A stretch of DNA of 63,971 nt, counting the filler, from Rhabdomonas costata (Eukaryota): NCBI GenBank assembly GCA_019059605.1. It is 34 parts of 34 records of this genome, joined end to end, with 100 filler letters (N's around TTAATTAATTAA, not from the genome) between each part and the next. Parts side by side here need not be neighbours in the genome. Positions count along the whole stretch, not along the records: positions 62,188 to 63,971 come from JAHMHO010009111.1; 33 more parts are not named here. The stretch is one strand, 5' to 3'. This document shows, piece by piece, positions 62,623 through 63,971 of the stretch; position 1 is the stretch's first letter; each line of letters starts with the position of its first letter. The notes under the pieces were generated by a model. It was not told the DNA's origin and searched no databases. It saw only the letters and a list, made by a program, of their open reading frames with translations. The position numbers were made by a program, and so were the translations under genes.

Positions 62623-63971
62623 ATGGAAGCCCTGCAGGAGTCTTTGCAAAGGCTCGCGCAACTCACCAACGCGGGCATCATCTCCGAAGAGGTGTTCTAC
62701 TCTGCCAGATGGCGTTGCCGCTGTTCATCTCTCCGTTTCGCTTTCCCTCCAGCCCGATGCAGCGATGGAGCGGGGATGGAGTGTGGGGGTTAACCGCCCT
62801 GTTTTTCACCCATTGCCTCCCGAAACAACCGTGTGGAGACAGTACCGAGATCACACTCACTGCAAGCTCAAGTGTGAGGAATATTGGGCAGTGGGTGGCG
62901 CTATGATTTGAGCGGTTGCGAATACCTTCTTGGGGTTCGGAGCTTCCACTTGAGATTTAGTTGAATTTCCACTCAAACTCATGCGCAATTTGGAAACAAG
63001 TGTGAACTACCTCGGGCTACGTAGTTGCCAAAAAAAAACTTTCCGGTGTTAATTTTAAGGGGTCTTTTCCTTTGGATTAGAGGATTAGAGCGTCGACTCG
63101 CTCGAGAGCCGGGTTGCGCACTGTGGCAAACTGGCCCTCTTGCTTGTCCCAAGCCCTGCATAATATTATTGTATAACACTCGCCATGGCTTTTTTCCATC
63201 GTCGTTTTGGTCACACCCGCCACCCCTCCCCTCCTTTTCCGACGAACTCCTTTTTTCTCTTCTCTTTCGATGGGCTCTTTCGCAGGAGATGGAAGTCCAC
63301 CGCCAGAGGCTTGTTGCAGAATATATTGGGTACTCTGGTGCACCACCAGCGCTGGGGGCCGCCGCAGCGGGGCCTTCTACGGAGCAACCACTGCCACAGC
63401 AACAACAACCGCAGCAGCAGCTTGGCGGGCTCTCCGCTGTTCCAGCGCCGCTGCCCAAGCTCAGCGCGGCAACCTTAAGGGCACTGCTTGGATCCCAGCC
63501 CCAGCCCGCGGCCACAGCTACACCGGCTACACCGTCTATCACCGCCGTGAAGGTACATTGGCATTTTTTTCCTTCTTTTTAGCCTTCTGTTTTCGTCTTA
63601 GCCCTACCGCGGTTCCTTGAGGTAATCCCCCAACTTTCACCGGTTGCGGTAGGTCGCTATCGATTTAATTAGACCGTTGCAAAGAAATATCCTTTCTTCG
63701 CGATAGAGGTTGAGCACCGCCCTGTCGCACTGGTTAGACATGTCCCCAACTCCACTTACCCACTCTTACCCTCCCCTCTATCTGGGTACTCTTGAAGTTC
63801 ACGCCCTCTCTCATCTCCTGCTACCCCTCCTTTCCTCGCTCTGTGACTCCTCCGAGCACGCTCTCTCTCTCCTCTCTCTTGTTTCACTGCGATCTCAGGT
63901 GCAGCCCTTGCCCGAAAGCACCACGGCCACCACACTGCAGGCCGCTCTCTTGGTGTTCGGGGAGGTCCTCT
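62623..63971 (+). CDS. Protein with an N-terminal SHOCT-like domain and a Pro/Ala/Gln-rich region (partial)
   Basis: Exon 62623-62691 MEALQESLQRLAQLTNAGIISEE|GT joins exon 63286-63552 EMEVHRQRLV..., giving the LxxLxxxGIIxEEExxxxxxxL pattern. A third exon starts at 63899. Confidence 0.7.

Overview
This window is not one locus. It is a size-sorted concatenation of 34 unrelated contigs of about 1.78-1.79 kb, joined by an artificial 100-bp linker (N44-TTAATTAATTAA-N44), so adjacency across linkers means nothing. Of these, 33 look like a eukaryotic genome with short GC-rich exons, GT(GC)-AG introns and microsatellites. A kinetoplastid-type APRT split by spliceosomal introns suggests a euglenozoan (euglenid or diplonemid); this is an inference. 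Most contigs start G/T-only and end A/C-only, consistent with K-primer whole-genome amplification. Recognisable gene fragments: APRT, aldehyde dehydrogenase, a NadD/NMNAT C-terminus, CBS-domain, WD40, metallophosphoesterase and SHOCT proteins, a degenerate AGC-like kinase, a protein with tandem NEURL4-like ADP-ribosyltransferase domains, a possible Cyt-like pore-forming toxin, and a frameshifted Helitron RepHel fragment. One contig (13202-14986) is very AT-rich and intronless, and encodes a 498-aa protein with the Mimiviridae/Klosneuvirinae-type N-terminal 'YYxKYLKYKxK...GG' motif, so it is probably giant-virus DNA. There is also a ~53-56-bp repeat family in six contigs and several hairpin or MITE-like inverted repeats. 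All homology calls come from motif recognition by eye, not database searches.
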